DNA from: an uncultured Alphaproteobacteria bacterium
Lineage (GTDB): Bacteria > Pseudomonadota > Alphaproteobacteria > Rhizobiales > Xanthobacteraceae
Direction of reading: 5' to 3'
DNA: 64,000 nucleotides
Assembly (NCBI GenBank): GCA_963756215.1
Contig: CAVWMY010000003.1
Coordinates: forward strand, 333,442 to 397,441
Shown: one piece after another, positions 47,117 to 58,145 of the stretch
Layout of the letters: every line of letters starts with the position of its first letter
How positions within the stretch are numbered: position 1 is the stretch's first letter
Made by a program: the position numbers and the translations under genes
The notes under the pieces: generated by a model
Database searches by the model: none
The model's input: the letters and a program-made list of their open reading frames with translations, nothing else
Told to the model about the DNA's origin: nothing

Positions 47117-47259
47117 CTCTTCTTCCCCTCTCCCTTTGCGGGAGAGGATGCCGAGCGGAGCGAGGCGGGTGAGGGGCAGGGCCCCTCCTTGTGCGGCCAC
47201 CCCTCATCCGGCACGGACTGCGTCCATGCCACCTTCTCCCGCAAGGGAAGAAGGAAGGG
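47117..47259. repeat. Mosaic MITE-like palindromic element (family B, copy 2)
   Basis: Modules are ctctccc-tttgc-gggagagg, gagcggagcgaggcgggtgagggg, cccctcatccgg and ccaccttctcccgcaagggaagaagg. It lies between ilvE and hisS. Confidence 0.7.
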
Positions 47260-47308
47260 CGCCCGGCCCCGGTTGCCGCATCGCGTGTCGGCTGGTACCA
47301 ACCCAGCC

Positions 47309-48823
47309 ATGACCGACAAACCCAAAAAACCGCAGAAACTTCGCGCCCGGCTGCCGCGCGGGCTGGAAGATCGCGGCCCGGCCGCGATATCGGCGACGCG
47401 GGCGATGACCGACAAAATCCGCGCGGTCTATGAGCGCTACGGCTTCGAGCCGGTGGAAACGCCGGCGATGGAATTCACCGACGCGCTCGGCAAGTTCCTG
47501 CCGGACCAGGACCGGCCCAATGAGGGCGTGTTCTCGTTCCAGGACGACGACGAGCAATGGATCAGCCTGCGCTACGACCTGACCGCGCCGCTCGCGCGCT
47601 ACGTCGCCGAGAATTTTGACAATCTGCCAAAACCCTATCGCAGCTACCGCTTCGGCTGGGTGTTCCGCAACGAAAAGCCCGGGCCCGGCCGTTTCCGCCA
47701 GTTCATGCAGTTCGACGCCGACACCGTCGGCAGCGCATCGCCCGCGGCCGATGCCGAGATGTGCATGATGGCCGCCGACACCATGGAAGCGCTCGGCATT
47801 CCCCGCGGCAGCTATGTGGTGAAGGTGAACAACCGCAAGGTGCTCGACGGGGTGCTCGAGTCGATTGGATTGGGCGGTGATGAGAACGCCGGACGCCGGC
47901 TGACGGTGCTGCGTGCGATCGACAAGCTGGATAAATTTCCCGCCGATGAAGTTCGCAAACTGCTCGGTCCCGGACGATGGGATGGTGGCGAAGAGGGCAA
48001 GGGTGATTTCACCAAGGGCGCCGCGCTCAGTCCCGCCGACGCCGACATCGTGCTGGCCGTCACGCAAAAGCGCGACGACTGGAAAGAAGCGGCTGCCGCG
48101 GCCGAGACCTACCTGGCGAAGAGCGAGACCGGCAAGGCCGGTGTCAGCGAACTCGAGGAAATCGCAGCGCTGGTCGGCGCGTCCGGTTATGGCGATGATC
48201 GCATCCGCATCGATCCTTCCGTGGTGCGCGGCCTCGAATATTACACCGGTCCGGTTTACGAAGTTGAACTTCTGCTCGACACCAAGGACGAAAAGGGACG
48301 GCCGGTTCGTTTCGGTTCGGTCGGCGGCGGCGGGCGTTACGACGGCCTGGTCTCGCGCTTTCGCGGTGAACCGGTGCCGGCAACCGGTTTCTCCATTGGC
48401 GTTTCGCGGCTGCAGGCGGCGCTGACGATGCTCGGCAAGGTCGATACGACGCGGGAGTTCGGACCCGTCGTGGTCACCGTGTTCGATCGCGATCGCGTTG
48501 CAGACTATCAGAAAATGGTCGCGCAGCTTCGCAACGACAACATCCGCGCCGAGCTCTATCTCGGCAATCCCAAGAACATGGGCAACCAGCTCAAATACGC
48601 CGACCGGCGCAACTCGCCTTGCGTGATCATCCAGGGTTCGGACGAGAAGGCGCGCGGCGAGGTGCAGATCAAGGATCTGATCGAGGGCGCCAAGGCGGCC
48701 GCTGCCATCGCCTCCAACCAGGAATGGCGCGAAACTCGTCCGGCGCAGTTTTCATGCGGCGAAGCCGAGCTCATCGCAAAAGTGCGTGAAGTGCTGGCGC
48801 GCCATGACGTGAAGTGGGGATGA
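47309..48823 (+). CDS. hisS: Histidine-tRNA ligase
   Basis: It carries class II aaRS motifs ([40 protein letters not shown]) and an anticodon-binding domain. Start is the ATG at 47309. Confidence 0.95.
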   Translation: MTDKPKKPQKLRARLPRGLEDRGPAAISATRAMTDKIRAVYERYGFEPVETPAMEFTDALGKFLPDQDRPNEGVFSFQDDDEQWISLRYDLTAPLARYVAENFDNLPKPYRSYRFGWVFRNEKPGPGRFRQFMQFDADTVGSASPAADAEMCMMAADTMEALGIPRGSYVVKVNNRKVLDGVLESIGLGGDENAGRRLTVLRAIDKLDKFPADEVRKLLGPGRWDGGEEGKGDFTKGAALSPADADIVLAVTQKRDDWKEAAAAAETYLAKSETGKAGVSELEEIAALVGASGYGDDRIRIDPSVVRGLEYYTGPVYEVELLLDTKDEKGRPVRFGSVGGGGRYDGLVSRFRGEPVPATGFSIGVSRLQAALTMLGKVDTTREFGPVVVTVFDRDRVADYQKMVAQLRNDNIRAELYLGNPKNMGNQLKYADRRNSPCVIIQGSDEKARGEVQIKDLIEGAKAAAAIASNQEWRETRPAQFSCGEAELIAKVREVLARHDVKWG

Positions 48824-48941
48824 GAAATTCCGTCATACGCGGGCTTGACCCGCGTATCCGTCTTTCGAAAGATGGATTGCCGGATCAAGTCCGGCAATGA
48901 CGGTCTGGCGCGTGAAACAAACAATAAAGGAGTGACAAAAA

Positions 48942-49145
48942 GTGCCTGAGATTACCGTGAGCATGGCCGCCGGCCGCACCGACGAGCAGAAGGCCGGCAT
49001 GATGCGCGACATCACCCAAGCACTGGTGAAGAACCTCGGCGTCGATGCCGATGCCGTCGTGATCCAGATCAACGAGGCGCCGCTGGCGCACAAGATGAAG
49101 GGCGGCAAGACCTTCGTGGAGCGCGCCGCGGCCGCGAAGAAGTGA
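48942..49145 (+). CDS. 4-oxalocrotonate tautomerase family protein
   Basis: A GTG start is followed by Pro (VPEITVSMAAGRTDEQK...), which is the catalytic Pro1 context. It is 67 aa. An SD AAAGGAG lies upstream. Confidence 0.8.
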   Translation: MPEITVSMAAGRTDEQKAGMMRDITQALVKNLGVDADAVVIQINEAPLAHKMKGGKTFVERAAAAKK

Positions 49146-49181
49146 TTCTCCCGTCGTCGTGGCGCGGAGCGACTAAAGATC

Positions 49182-49580
49182 ATGGACGCACGCGATATCA
49201 TCAAGGTCGGCATGAGCGCCGAGCGCACGCTGGTCGTTCCGCCGGAACGTACCGTCGGGCACTTCGTCGCTCATATGCCGATGGTCTATGCGACGCCGAT
49301 GATGATCCTGGAGATGGAGCTGGTATCCGGCGATGCCATTTCATCGTTTCTTGAACAGGGATGGATCACGGTCGGCACCGAGGTCGATATCCGGCATCTG
49401 GCCGCGACGTCGGTCGGCTCGCGCGTGCGCACCACCGCGAAGGTGATTGCGGTAGAGCGCCGGGTGATCCGCTTCGAGGTCGAGGCCTTTGACGAAAAGC
49501 GCCGCATCGGCGAGGGCCGCCACGCCCGCGCGCTTGTTAATGTCGCGAGTTTCACCGCGCGGTTCGGCGTGAAGAAGTAG
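49182..49580 (+). CDS. Hotdog-fold thioesterase (FlK-like family)
   Basis: It aligns with the FlK pattern: VVPPERTV, YATPMMILEMEL (Thr and Glu) and IRHLAAT (His). Confidence 0.7.
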   Translation: MDARDIIKVGMSAERTLVVPPERTVGHFVAHMPMVYATPMMILEMELVSGDAISSFLEQGWITVGTEVDIRHLAATSVGSRVRTTAKVIAVERRVIRFEVEAFDEKRRIGEGRHARALVNVASFTARFGVKK

Positions 49581-49627
49581 CTCAGCAAAGCAAGCAACGC
49601 AGGCTCCTCGTTGCGAGCGCAGCAATC

Positions 49628-49700
49628 GTAGCCCGGATGCGCTTTCGCGATATCCGGGTTTTCCCGTGGTCCCGCATATCGCTTCGCTCATGCGGGCTAC
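49628..49700. repeat. Solo copy of the REP-type hairpin that forms the 11.9-12.8 kb array
   Basis: The sequence is gtagcccggatgcgctttcgcgatatccggg...cccgcatatcgcttcgctcatgcgggctac. Confidence 0.8.
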
Positions 49701-49767
49701 GGGCTACGGGCCGAAAAATTTCACAGACTCGGGAATGACGGCGTTTGTCGGGTGAGCTTGGCGAAAA

Positions 49768-50597
49768 CTACTTCGCCAGCTCTTTCGACCGCCGGGTCGC
49801 CGCGGCGACAGCGCGCGTCAGCAGCGACTGCATGCCGTCCGGTCCCATCAGCACGTCGAGCGCCGCCGCCGTGGTGCCGCCGGGCGAGGTCACGTTCTGG
49901 CGCAGCGTGGCCGATGGCACGTCCGAGCGGTGCAGCAATTCTCCGGAGCCGGCCACAGTCTCGCGCGCCAGCCGGGTCGCAAGCTCGGGCGGCAGTCCGG
50001 CTTCGACGCCGGCGCGCGCGAGTTCTTCCGCGAGCAGGAAAACATAGGCCGGACCGGAGCCGGAGACGGCAGTCACCGCATCCATCAGTTGCTCGTCGTC
50101 GATCCACTCGACCGAACCGGTGGCGCGCAACAGCGCGTCGGCCACCGCGCGCCGCGCGGCGCTGACATTGTTCGCAGCCACCGCAACCGTGATGCCGCGG
50201 CCGATCGCGGCCGGCGTGTTGGGCATCGCGCGGACCACCGCACCGCCGCAGACCTCGGCGATCGACGCCATCGTCGTCCCAGCCATGATCGACACGACGA
50301 GCGTCGTCGGCCCGGAAAGCGATTTCAGCATCGCGCCGGCTTCGCGAAACATCTGCGGCTTCAGCGCGACCACCAGCGTGGTGGCGCCGGCGGCGTCCTC
50401 GGCCGGCGGATTAAGGCGAATGCCTCGCGGGCCGCCAGCGCGCGGATATCGTCTGAAGGCGAGGGCTCGATCACCGCGACGCGCGTGGCGTCCAGCCCAC
50501 CTGCCAGCCAGCCCGACAGCATCGCCCCGCCCATCTTGCCCGCGCCGGCGAGCACGATGGTGCCTTCGATGTTTTGTAGCGGTCGAGCGGTATTCAT
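49768..50597 (-). pseudogene. proC: Pyrroline-5-carboxylate reductase interrupted by an apparent 1-nt frameshift
   Basis: The N-terminus (MNTARPLQNIEGTIVLAGAGKMGGAMLSGWL...DDIRALAAR) is in the frame of ORF 50361..50666. The remainder (GIRLNPP...NTPAAIGRG...SPGGTTAAAL) is in the frame of ORF 49768..50628. The switch falls near 50421-50440. The total span of 830 nt is not a multiple of 3. Confidence 0.8.
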
Positions 50598-50770
50598 TGC
50601 GACGTCCTGATATCGGCCCCGCAAACAATATAGCTCGTCACGGCCGGGCTTGTCCCGGCCATCCACGGCTTTGCTTGTGCGCTAACCACGGCGTGGACGC
50701 CCGGGACAAGCCCGCCCATGACGGCGGAGAGCTGCCTCGCCTCTCGGAACGCGTTCAGAGCGGCAACCGC

Positions 50771-51271
50771 CTACGCCTCGCCCTCGGTATCGAACATCGC
50801 CGCGCTCATGGCATCCGATGCGGTCTTGCCGGCCCAGACCACGAACTGGATCGCCGGATAGTAACGCTCGCAGGCGTGGATGGCGCCGACCAGCATGGTT
50901 TCGCATTGCGCCGAGGAAGCCGTCAGGCCGCCCGGCAGCACCAGCGCCTGCCGGTACATGATCATGCCGGTGTGGGTCCAGATATCGAAATGCCCGACCC
51001 ACAATTGCTCGTTGACCAGGGCAATCAACCGCTGCACCTCAGCGCGGCGCGCCGCGGGAATTTTCATGTCGAAGGCGCAGGCCAGATGCAGCGCCTCGAT
51101 CTCGTTCATCCAGGTGAAGGACAATTGGTAATCGGTCCAGTTGCCCTTGGACACGATCGTCACTTCGTCCTCGCCGGAACGCTCGAACGACCAGTTGTTG
51201 TCAGCCGCGATATCCTCGACCACCGCCAGCGGGTTGTTCCGGGAATCGATAATGCCTTCGAGGAGGGACAT
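50771..51271 (-). CDS. YbjN-domain protein
   Basis: MSLLEGIIDSRNNPLAVVEDIAADNNWSFERSGEDEVTI... is a YbjN-like pattern. The ybjN-proC pairing is typical of alphaproteobacteria. Confidence 0.75.
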   Translation of the reverse strand: MSLLEGIIDSRNNPLAVVEDIAADNNWSFERSGEDEVTIVSKGNWTDYQLSFTWMNEIEALHLACAFDMKIPAARRAEVQRLIALVNEQLWVGHFDIWTHTGMIMYRQALVLPGGLTASSAQCETMLVGAIHACERYYPAIQFVVWAGKTASDAMSAAMFDTEGEA

Positions 51272-51672
51272 GCCGTCTCGACCTTGCTTTTTGATATTAT
51301 TAATACGCACGCGGGGACCGGCACGCGGCTGGGGCGTCGCTGCCGACTGCAATCCCCCGTACGCCTTCGAGCACCTTGGGGCCTGCGAGGATCAACTGAT
51401 GTGATTTGCGGAATCCGCGCAACCACACGCCGAGTCCGTCCACAGGCAAAGCGCCGCTCGTCCACAGCTGATCGCAGGCCGAAATTATTAATTTGAGAAC
51501 AAACCGGAATCGGATTCGGGATCTGCCCCGATCATCAATTGCGGGAACCCGCCCACCTGCAGCGTCCGGTCCGCTGGCGGCAGAGCGGCATAGGGATATG
51601 CGGATTCCAGCCCTTGCTTGCCGCCGGCCTTTGGCCATATTTCCACCGGGTTGCCCGTCCCGGGCAGCTCAT

Positions 51673-51839
51673 GTTCTCAGGGCGGGGTGAAAGTCCCCAC
51701 CGGCGGTAAGGGCGAAGCAGCCCAAGCCCGCGAGCGCTTTCCTCGCTCGGAAATTCCAGTTGGAGTTTCCGCGGGAGGAAAGGTCAGCAGATTCGGTGCG
51801 ATTCCGAAGCCGACGGTGAGAGTCCGGATGAAAGAGAAC
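51673..51839 (+). promoter_or_regulatory. FMN riboswitch (RFN element)
   Basis: P1 pairs gttctc (51673-78) with gagaac (51834-39). The conserved cores agggcggggtgaaagtccccaccggcggt, agcccgcgagcg and ggtcagcagattcggtgcgattccgaagccgacggtgagagtccggatgaaaga are present. It lies directly upstream of ribH. Confidence 0.9.
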
Positions 51840-51916
51840 GGTTGCGGCGGCACGCGCCCTGGCGCGTGGCCAAAGTGTTCCGTGAGCCCTGATTCTGGTC
51901 CTGAAAGAGGAAAGCC

Positions 51917-52531
51917 ATGAATCAGATGTTGCAAGACTCCCAAGTTCAAAACTCCGAAGTTCAAGATTCCGAAATCCGAAAGCCCGAGATGCAGGCATCT
52001 CAGGCCGAGCACACTCCCGAACACATCGATCCGCCGGCCGCGCCGGCGCACCCGCGGTTTGTAAAACCGCAGCGCGTCGCCTTCGTGCAATCGGCCTGGC
52101 ACCGCGACGTGGTGGAGGAGTGCCGCGTTGCCTTCCTCGACGAGATCGAAGCGCGCGGCATTGCGCGGGCCCAGGTTGATGTGTTCGAGGTGCCGGGCTC
52201 GTTCGAGATTCCCCTGCACGCGCAACTGCTCGCCAAGACCCGGCGCTACACCGCGATCGTCGCGGCGGGCCTCGTGGTCGATGGCGGCATCTACCGCCAC
52301 GAGTTCGTCGCCGACACCGTGATCAAGGCGCTGATGGACGTGCAGTTGCGCACCGAGGTGCCGATATTCTCGGCGGTGCTGACACCGCAGCAATTCCACG
52401 AGAGCGCGGCGCATTTCGAGTTCTTCCGCAAGCACTTTGCGACCAAGGGTATCGAGGTCGCGGAAGCCTGCGCCAACACGCTGCACAGTCTGGAACGATT
52501 GCGCGGCCAGGTCGCGGCAGGAATCGTTTAG
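51917..52531 (+). CDS. ribH: 6,7-dimethyl-8-ribityllumazine synthase, type II (RibH2-like), with a roughly 45-aa N-terminal extension
   Basis: RVAFVQSAWHRDVV...FEVPGSFEIPL...AIVAAGLVVDGGIYRHEFV is the RibH2 signature. An SD AGAGGAAAG precedes the ATG at 51917. The extension contains three 15-nt repeats (DSQVQ/NSEVQ/DSEIR). Confidence 0.88.
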   Translation: MNQMLQDSQVQNSEVQDSEIRKPEMQASQAEHTPEHIDPPAAPAHPRFVKPQRVAFVQSAWHRDVVEECRVAFLDEIEARGIARAQVDVFEVPGSFEIPLHAQLLAKTRRYTAIVAAGLVVDGGIYRHEFVADTVIKALMDVQLRTEVPIFSAVLTPQQFHESAAHFEFFRKHFATKGIEVAEACANTLHSLERLRGQVAAGIV

Positions 52532-52536
52532 GGCAT

Positions 52537-52680
52537 CTTTTCTTCTCCCCTATGGGAGAAGGTGGCGGCCGAAGGCTGCCGGATGAGCGGCAGCAGCATA
52601 ACGAGGTGTCGCGATCCGTCACCACGCTCGCGGCGTTCGCGTTGCGCTTCCCTCTCCCGCAAGGGGAGAGAGAAGAAAGG
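52537..52680. repeat. Mosaic MITE-like palindromic element (family B, copy 3, inverted)
   Basis: Its reverse complement reproduces the module order of copies 1 and 2 (tctctcccc-ttgc-gggagaggg ... cgctcatccgg ... ccaccttctccc-atag-gggagaag). Confidence 0.65.
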
Positions 52681-52799
52681 GCGCGCGCCCGAGCACGAAA
52701 ATCTGGTCGCCGATTGGCCGATTGTCATTTCCGCCGCTGCGCCTGTAAACTCGGCGGCGGGAGGAGGCACGTCCGTGATGACGGGCGGCCGAGACGATC

Positions 52800-54011
52800 A
52801 TGTTCGCAGGACACGATCCCTATCTCGTCGCGCTCTCGGTGGTGATCGCGATTCTGGGTGGATATACCGGCTTCGGCCTCGCGGCCAGGATCCGCGAGAT
52901 GCCGGCCGTGAGCCGTCGCGTGCTGCTGGCGGGGGCCGCAGGATTTCTCGCCGTCGGCATCTGGACCATGCATTTCGTCGGCATGCTGGCGGCTCCGCTG
53001 CCGCCGGACGCGGTCTATCTCGTCCTTCCCACCATCATCTCGTTCCTGATCTGCGCGCTGGTGGTCGGCATATCCTTGTTTTTCGTCAGCGTCGGCGAGC
53101 CTTCGTTGCGGCGCTTGATCGGGTCGGCGGTGTTGCTTGGAGCGGGCATCGCCAGCATGCATTATGTCGGCATCCACGGCCTTGCCGGCAACTTTGCCAT
53201 TGAGCACGACGGCGCGATGGTCGTGCTGTCGGTCCTGATCGCGATCGCCGCAGCTTACGGCGGGCTGCGCGCGTTCCTGGCGCGGCACGGCGGCGTGGAG
53301 TTGATCCTGAGTGCGATCGCGTTCGGCGTCGCGGTCTCGGGAATGCACTACACCGCCATGTTGGGCATGCATTTCGTTCCGCTTTCGGGGGCGGCGCACC
53401 ATCACGCGGAGGGGCTTGCCGCATCGCAGCAGGTTTTGTCGCTGGTGGTGACGCTGTGCTGTTTCGTCATCGCGGCCGGGTTTTTGCTATCGCTGGTGCC
53501 GGATCCCGGCAGGAAGGCCGCGGCTCTATCCGCCGACGCGGCCACGCCGGCGATCGGCGTTCCGCCCGAGTTGTCCTCGATCACCACGGCCCCGGTGGCC
53601 TCGACCGGAACCCGGCTGCGGCCGACGCCGCTCGGCGGCATCGGCCAGCCCCCGCGTTCGGCGCCCGCGCCGCGGCTGCCGGTCGAAGGCGCCGACGGGA
53701 CGCATTTCATCGACACCGCCGATGTGCGCAGTGTCCGCGCCGATGCTCACTACACCAAGGTGCATGACGGCACCCGCGAGCGCATGTGCCCATGGTCGAT
53801 CTCGGAGGCCGAGGCGCAGCTGGACCCCGGATTGTTCCTGCGGGTGCACCGCAGCCATATCGTGGCGATCCCGCACGTGATCTTCGTCCGCAAGGAAGGC
53901 GACGGCGCGGTGGTCGAACTGGATGGTCCGTCGCCACACCGGGTGCCCGTCAGCCGCGCCAAGATAGCCGAGGTCAAGGCGCGACTCGGCCTCGCCGGGC
54001 GTCACGCCTAG
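52800..54011 (+). CDS. MHYT-domain membrane sensor fused to a LytTR DNA-binding domain (CoxC/CoxH-like)
   Basis: Three MHYT-type motifs sit in TM helices (WTMHFVGML, ASMHYVGIH, SGMHYTAML). A P/A-rich linker leads to a C-terminal LytTR domain (IRADAHYTKVH...FLRVHRSHIV). The gene lies immediately upstream of coxMSL. Confidence 0.85.
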   Translation: MFAGHDPYLVALSVVIAILGGYTGFGLAARIREMPAVSRRVLLAGAAGFLAVGIWTMHFVGMLAAPLPPDAVYLVLPTIISFLICALVVGISLFFVSVGEPSLRRLIGSAVLLGAGIASMHYVGIHGLAGNFAIEHDGAMVVLSVLIAIAAAYGGLRAFLARHGGVELILSAIAFGVAVSGMHYTAMLGMHFVPLSGAAHHHAEGLAASQQVLSLVVTLCCFVIAAGFLLSLVPDPGRKAAALSADAATPAIGVPPELSSITTAPVASTGTRLRPTPLGGIGQPPRSAPAPRLPVEGADGTHFIDTADVRSVRADAHYTKVHDGTRERMCPWSISEAEAQLDPGLFLRVHRSHIVAIPHVIFVRKEGDGAVVELDGPSPHRVPVSRAKIAEVKARLGLAGRHA

Positions 54012-54204
54012 CTTCCCTCGGCAAAATTAGGTCGCTACACCTGACGCATTTGGTGCGCCGGAAAGCGCAACTCGTGCAAATTTTGCTGGCTTGTGCGCCG
54101 CTCAAGACCCGCGCCTTGCGCCCGCAAATTTCGCGGAACAGCGTTGCCGTCAACGTCTGCGCCCGCGCTTAGGGGCGCCAAAAGACGAGGCACAGGAGGC
54201 GCCC

Positions 54205-55068
54205 ATGATTCCCGGTCCATTCAGCTATCACCGGCCCGCGACCCTGGCCGATGCGGTCAAGCTGCTCGCGACGCTCGGTGAGGAGGCCCGGCCGCTTGCC
54301 GGCGGTCACAGCCTGGTCCCGATGATGAAGCTCCGGCTGGCGACTCCCGACCATCTGGTCGACCTGCACGGCATCGACGCGCTGAAGGGCATCCGCCGCC
54401 AGGGCGCCAGCATCGTCATCGGCGCGATGACCACCCAGCACGATTTGCTGGCATCCGGAGAGATCGCGCAAGTGCTGCCCATCCTGCACGAAACCGCGCT
54501 GCTGATCGCCGATCCGCAGGTCCGTTACCGCGGCACGCTCGGCGGCAACGTCGCCAACGGCGACCCCGGCAACGACATGCCGGCGCTGATGCTGACGCTG
54601 GGCGCGAGCTACCGGCTCGAAGGCGCATCGGGCGGCCGCGACATCCCGGCATCGGAATTCTACCAGGGCGCCTATTTTACCGCGCTCGAGCCCGGCGAAC
54701 TTCTGACCTCGATATCGATCCCGGTCCCGGCCGCCGGCCACGGCTACGCTTACGAAAAACTCAAGCGCAAGGTCGGCGACTACGCCACCGCCGCCGCGGC
54801 CGTGGTGTTGACCAAGGCCAACGGCAAGGTCGCGACCTGCGCGATCGGGCTCACCAATCTGTCGGAAACACCGCTGCTCGCCGAGGACGCCGCCAGCGCC
54901 GTGATCGGCACGAGCCTTGATGACGCCGCGCTGAAAAAGGCGGCCGCCGCGGCGGAAGCGATCATGTCGCCGGCCGCCGACGCCCGTGGCCCGGTGGAAT
55001 ACCGCAAGCATGTCGGCGGCATCATGGTGATGCGGGCGCTGTCACGCGCGATGGCAAAAGCAGGTTAG
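54205..55068 (+). CDS. coxM: Aerobic CO dehydrogenase medium (FAD) subunit
   Basis: FSYHRP.TLADAV.LL....[17 protein letters not shown] is the FAD-binding-5 pattern. An SD CAGGAGG precedes the ATG at 54205. It is 287 aa. Confidence 0.9.
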   Translation: MIPGPFSYHRPATLADAVKLLATLGEEARPLAGGHSLVPMMKLRLATPDHLVDLHGIDALKGIRRQGASIVIGAMTTQHDLLASGEIAQVLPILHETALLIADPQVRYRGTLGGNVANGDPGNDMPALMLTLGASYRLEGASGGRDIPASEFYQGAYFTALEPGELLTSISIPVPAAGHGYAYEKLKRKVGDYATAAAAVVLTKANGKVATCAIGLTNLSETPLLAEDAASAVIGTSLDDAALKKAAAAAEAIMSPAADARGPVEYRKHVGGIMVMRALSRAMAKAG

Positions 55069-55079
55069 GGGAGAGGCAG

Positions 55080-55576
55080 ATGGCAAAAACCCATGTGACC
55101 ATGAAGGTGAACGGCGCCGAGGTCGAAGGCCTGGTCGAGCCGCGCACGCTGCTGGTGCATTTCATCCGCGAGAACCTGCAGCTGACGGGGACGCATATCG
55201 GCTGCGAGACCACGCATTGCGGCGCCTGCACGGTCGATATCGACGGCATGTCGGTGAAGAGCTGCACCATGTTTGCGGTGCAGGCCAACGGCTCCGAGGT
55301 CATGACGATCGAGGGCGTCGCCAATGCCGATGGCTCGCTGTCGGCGTTGCAGGAAGGTTTTCGGATGATGCACGGACTGCAATGCGGCTTCTGCACGCCG
55401 GGCATGATCATGCGCGCGCAGCGGCTGCTGCAGGAAAATCCGTCGCCGACCGAGGCGGAAATCCGCATGGGAATCTCCGGCAACATCTGCCGTTGCACCG
55501 GCTATCAGAACATCGTCAAGGCGATCCAGTACGCCGCCGCCAAGATCAATGGCGTTGAATTCCAGGAGGCTGCGGA

Positions 55577-55580
<4 letters not shown>
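55080..55580 (+). CDS. coxS: Aerobic CO dehydrogenase small ([2Fe-2S]x2) subunit
   Basis: [12 protein letters not shown] and CGFCTPG...CRCTGY cysteine clusters are present. It is 166 aa. Confidence 0.93.
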
Positions 55581-58000
<2,420 letters not shown>

Positions 58001-58109
58001 CGTCATTGCAAGCGAAGCGGAAGCAATCCGGGGTCACAAAGGAAGACTGGATTGCTTCGTCGCCTCGCTCCCTAGCGCAAACGCTTCGCGTTTGTCGCAG
58101 GCAATGACG
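58001..58109. repeat. Nested REP-type hairpin element inserted between coxL and coxD
   Basis: The outer stem pairs cgtcattgc with gcaatgacg. The inner stems are ggaagcaatcc...ggattgcttc and gcgcaaacgc-ttc-gcgtttg(t)cgc. Confidence 0.7.
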
Positions 58110-58145
58110 AAAAGCATTGTGGTGCAGCTCGGAAAAGCGACAGCA

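Noticed and set aside
4866-49580. A linked organofluorine pathway combining the fluoroacetate dehalogenase and the FlK-like thioesterase.
   Set aside because: The genes are about 43 kb apart in unrelated housekeeping contexts. Both families are broader than their fluorinated substrates. I report them as separate low-key observations instead.
54087-54101. A sigma-54 promoter (TGGC-N8-GC) upstream of coxM.
   Set aside because: Only the GG and GC dinucleotides fit. The -12 element is CCGC rather than TTGC, and no enhancer-binding protein gene is nearby.
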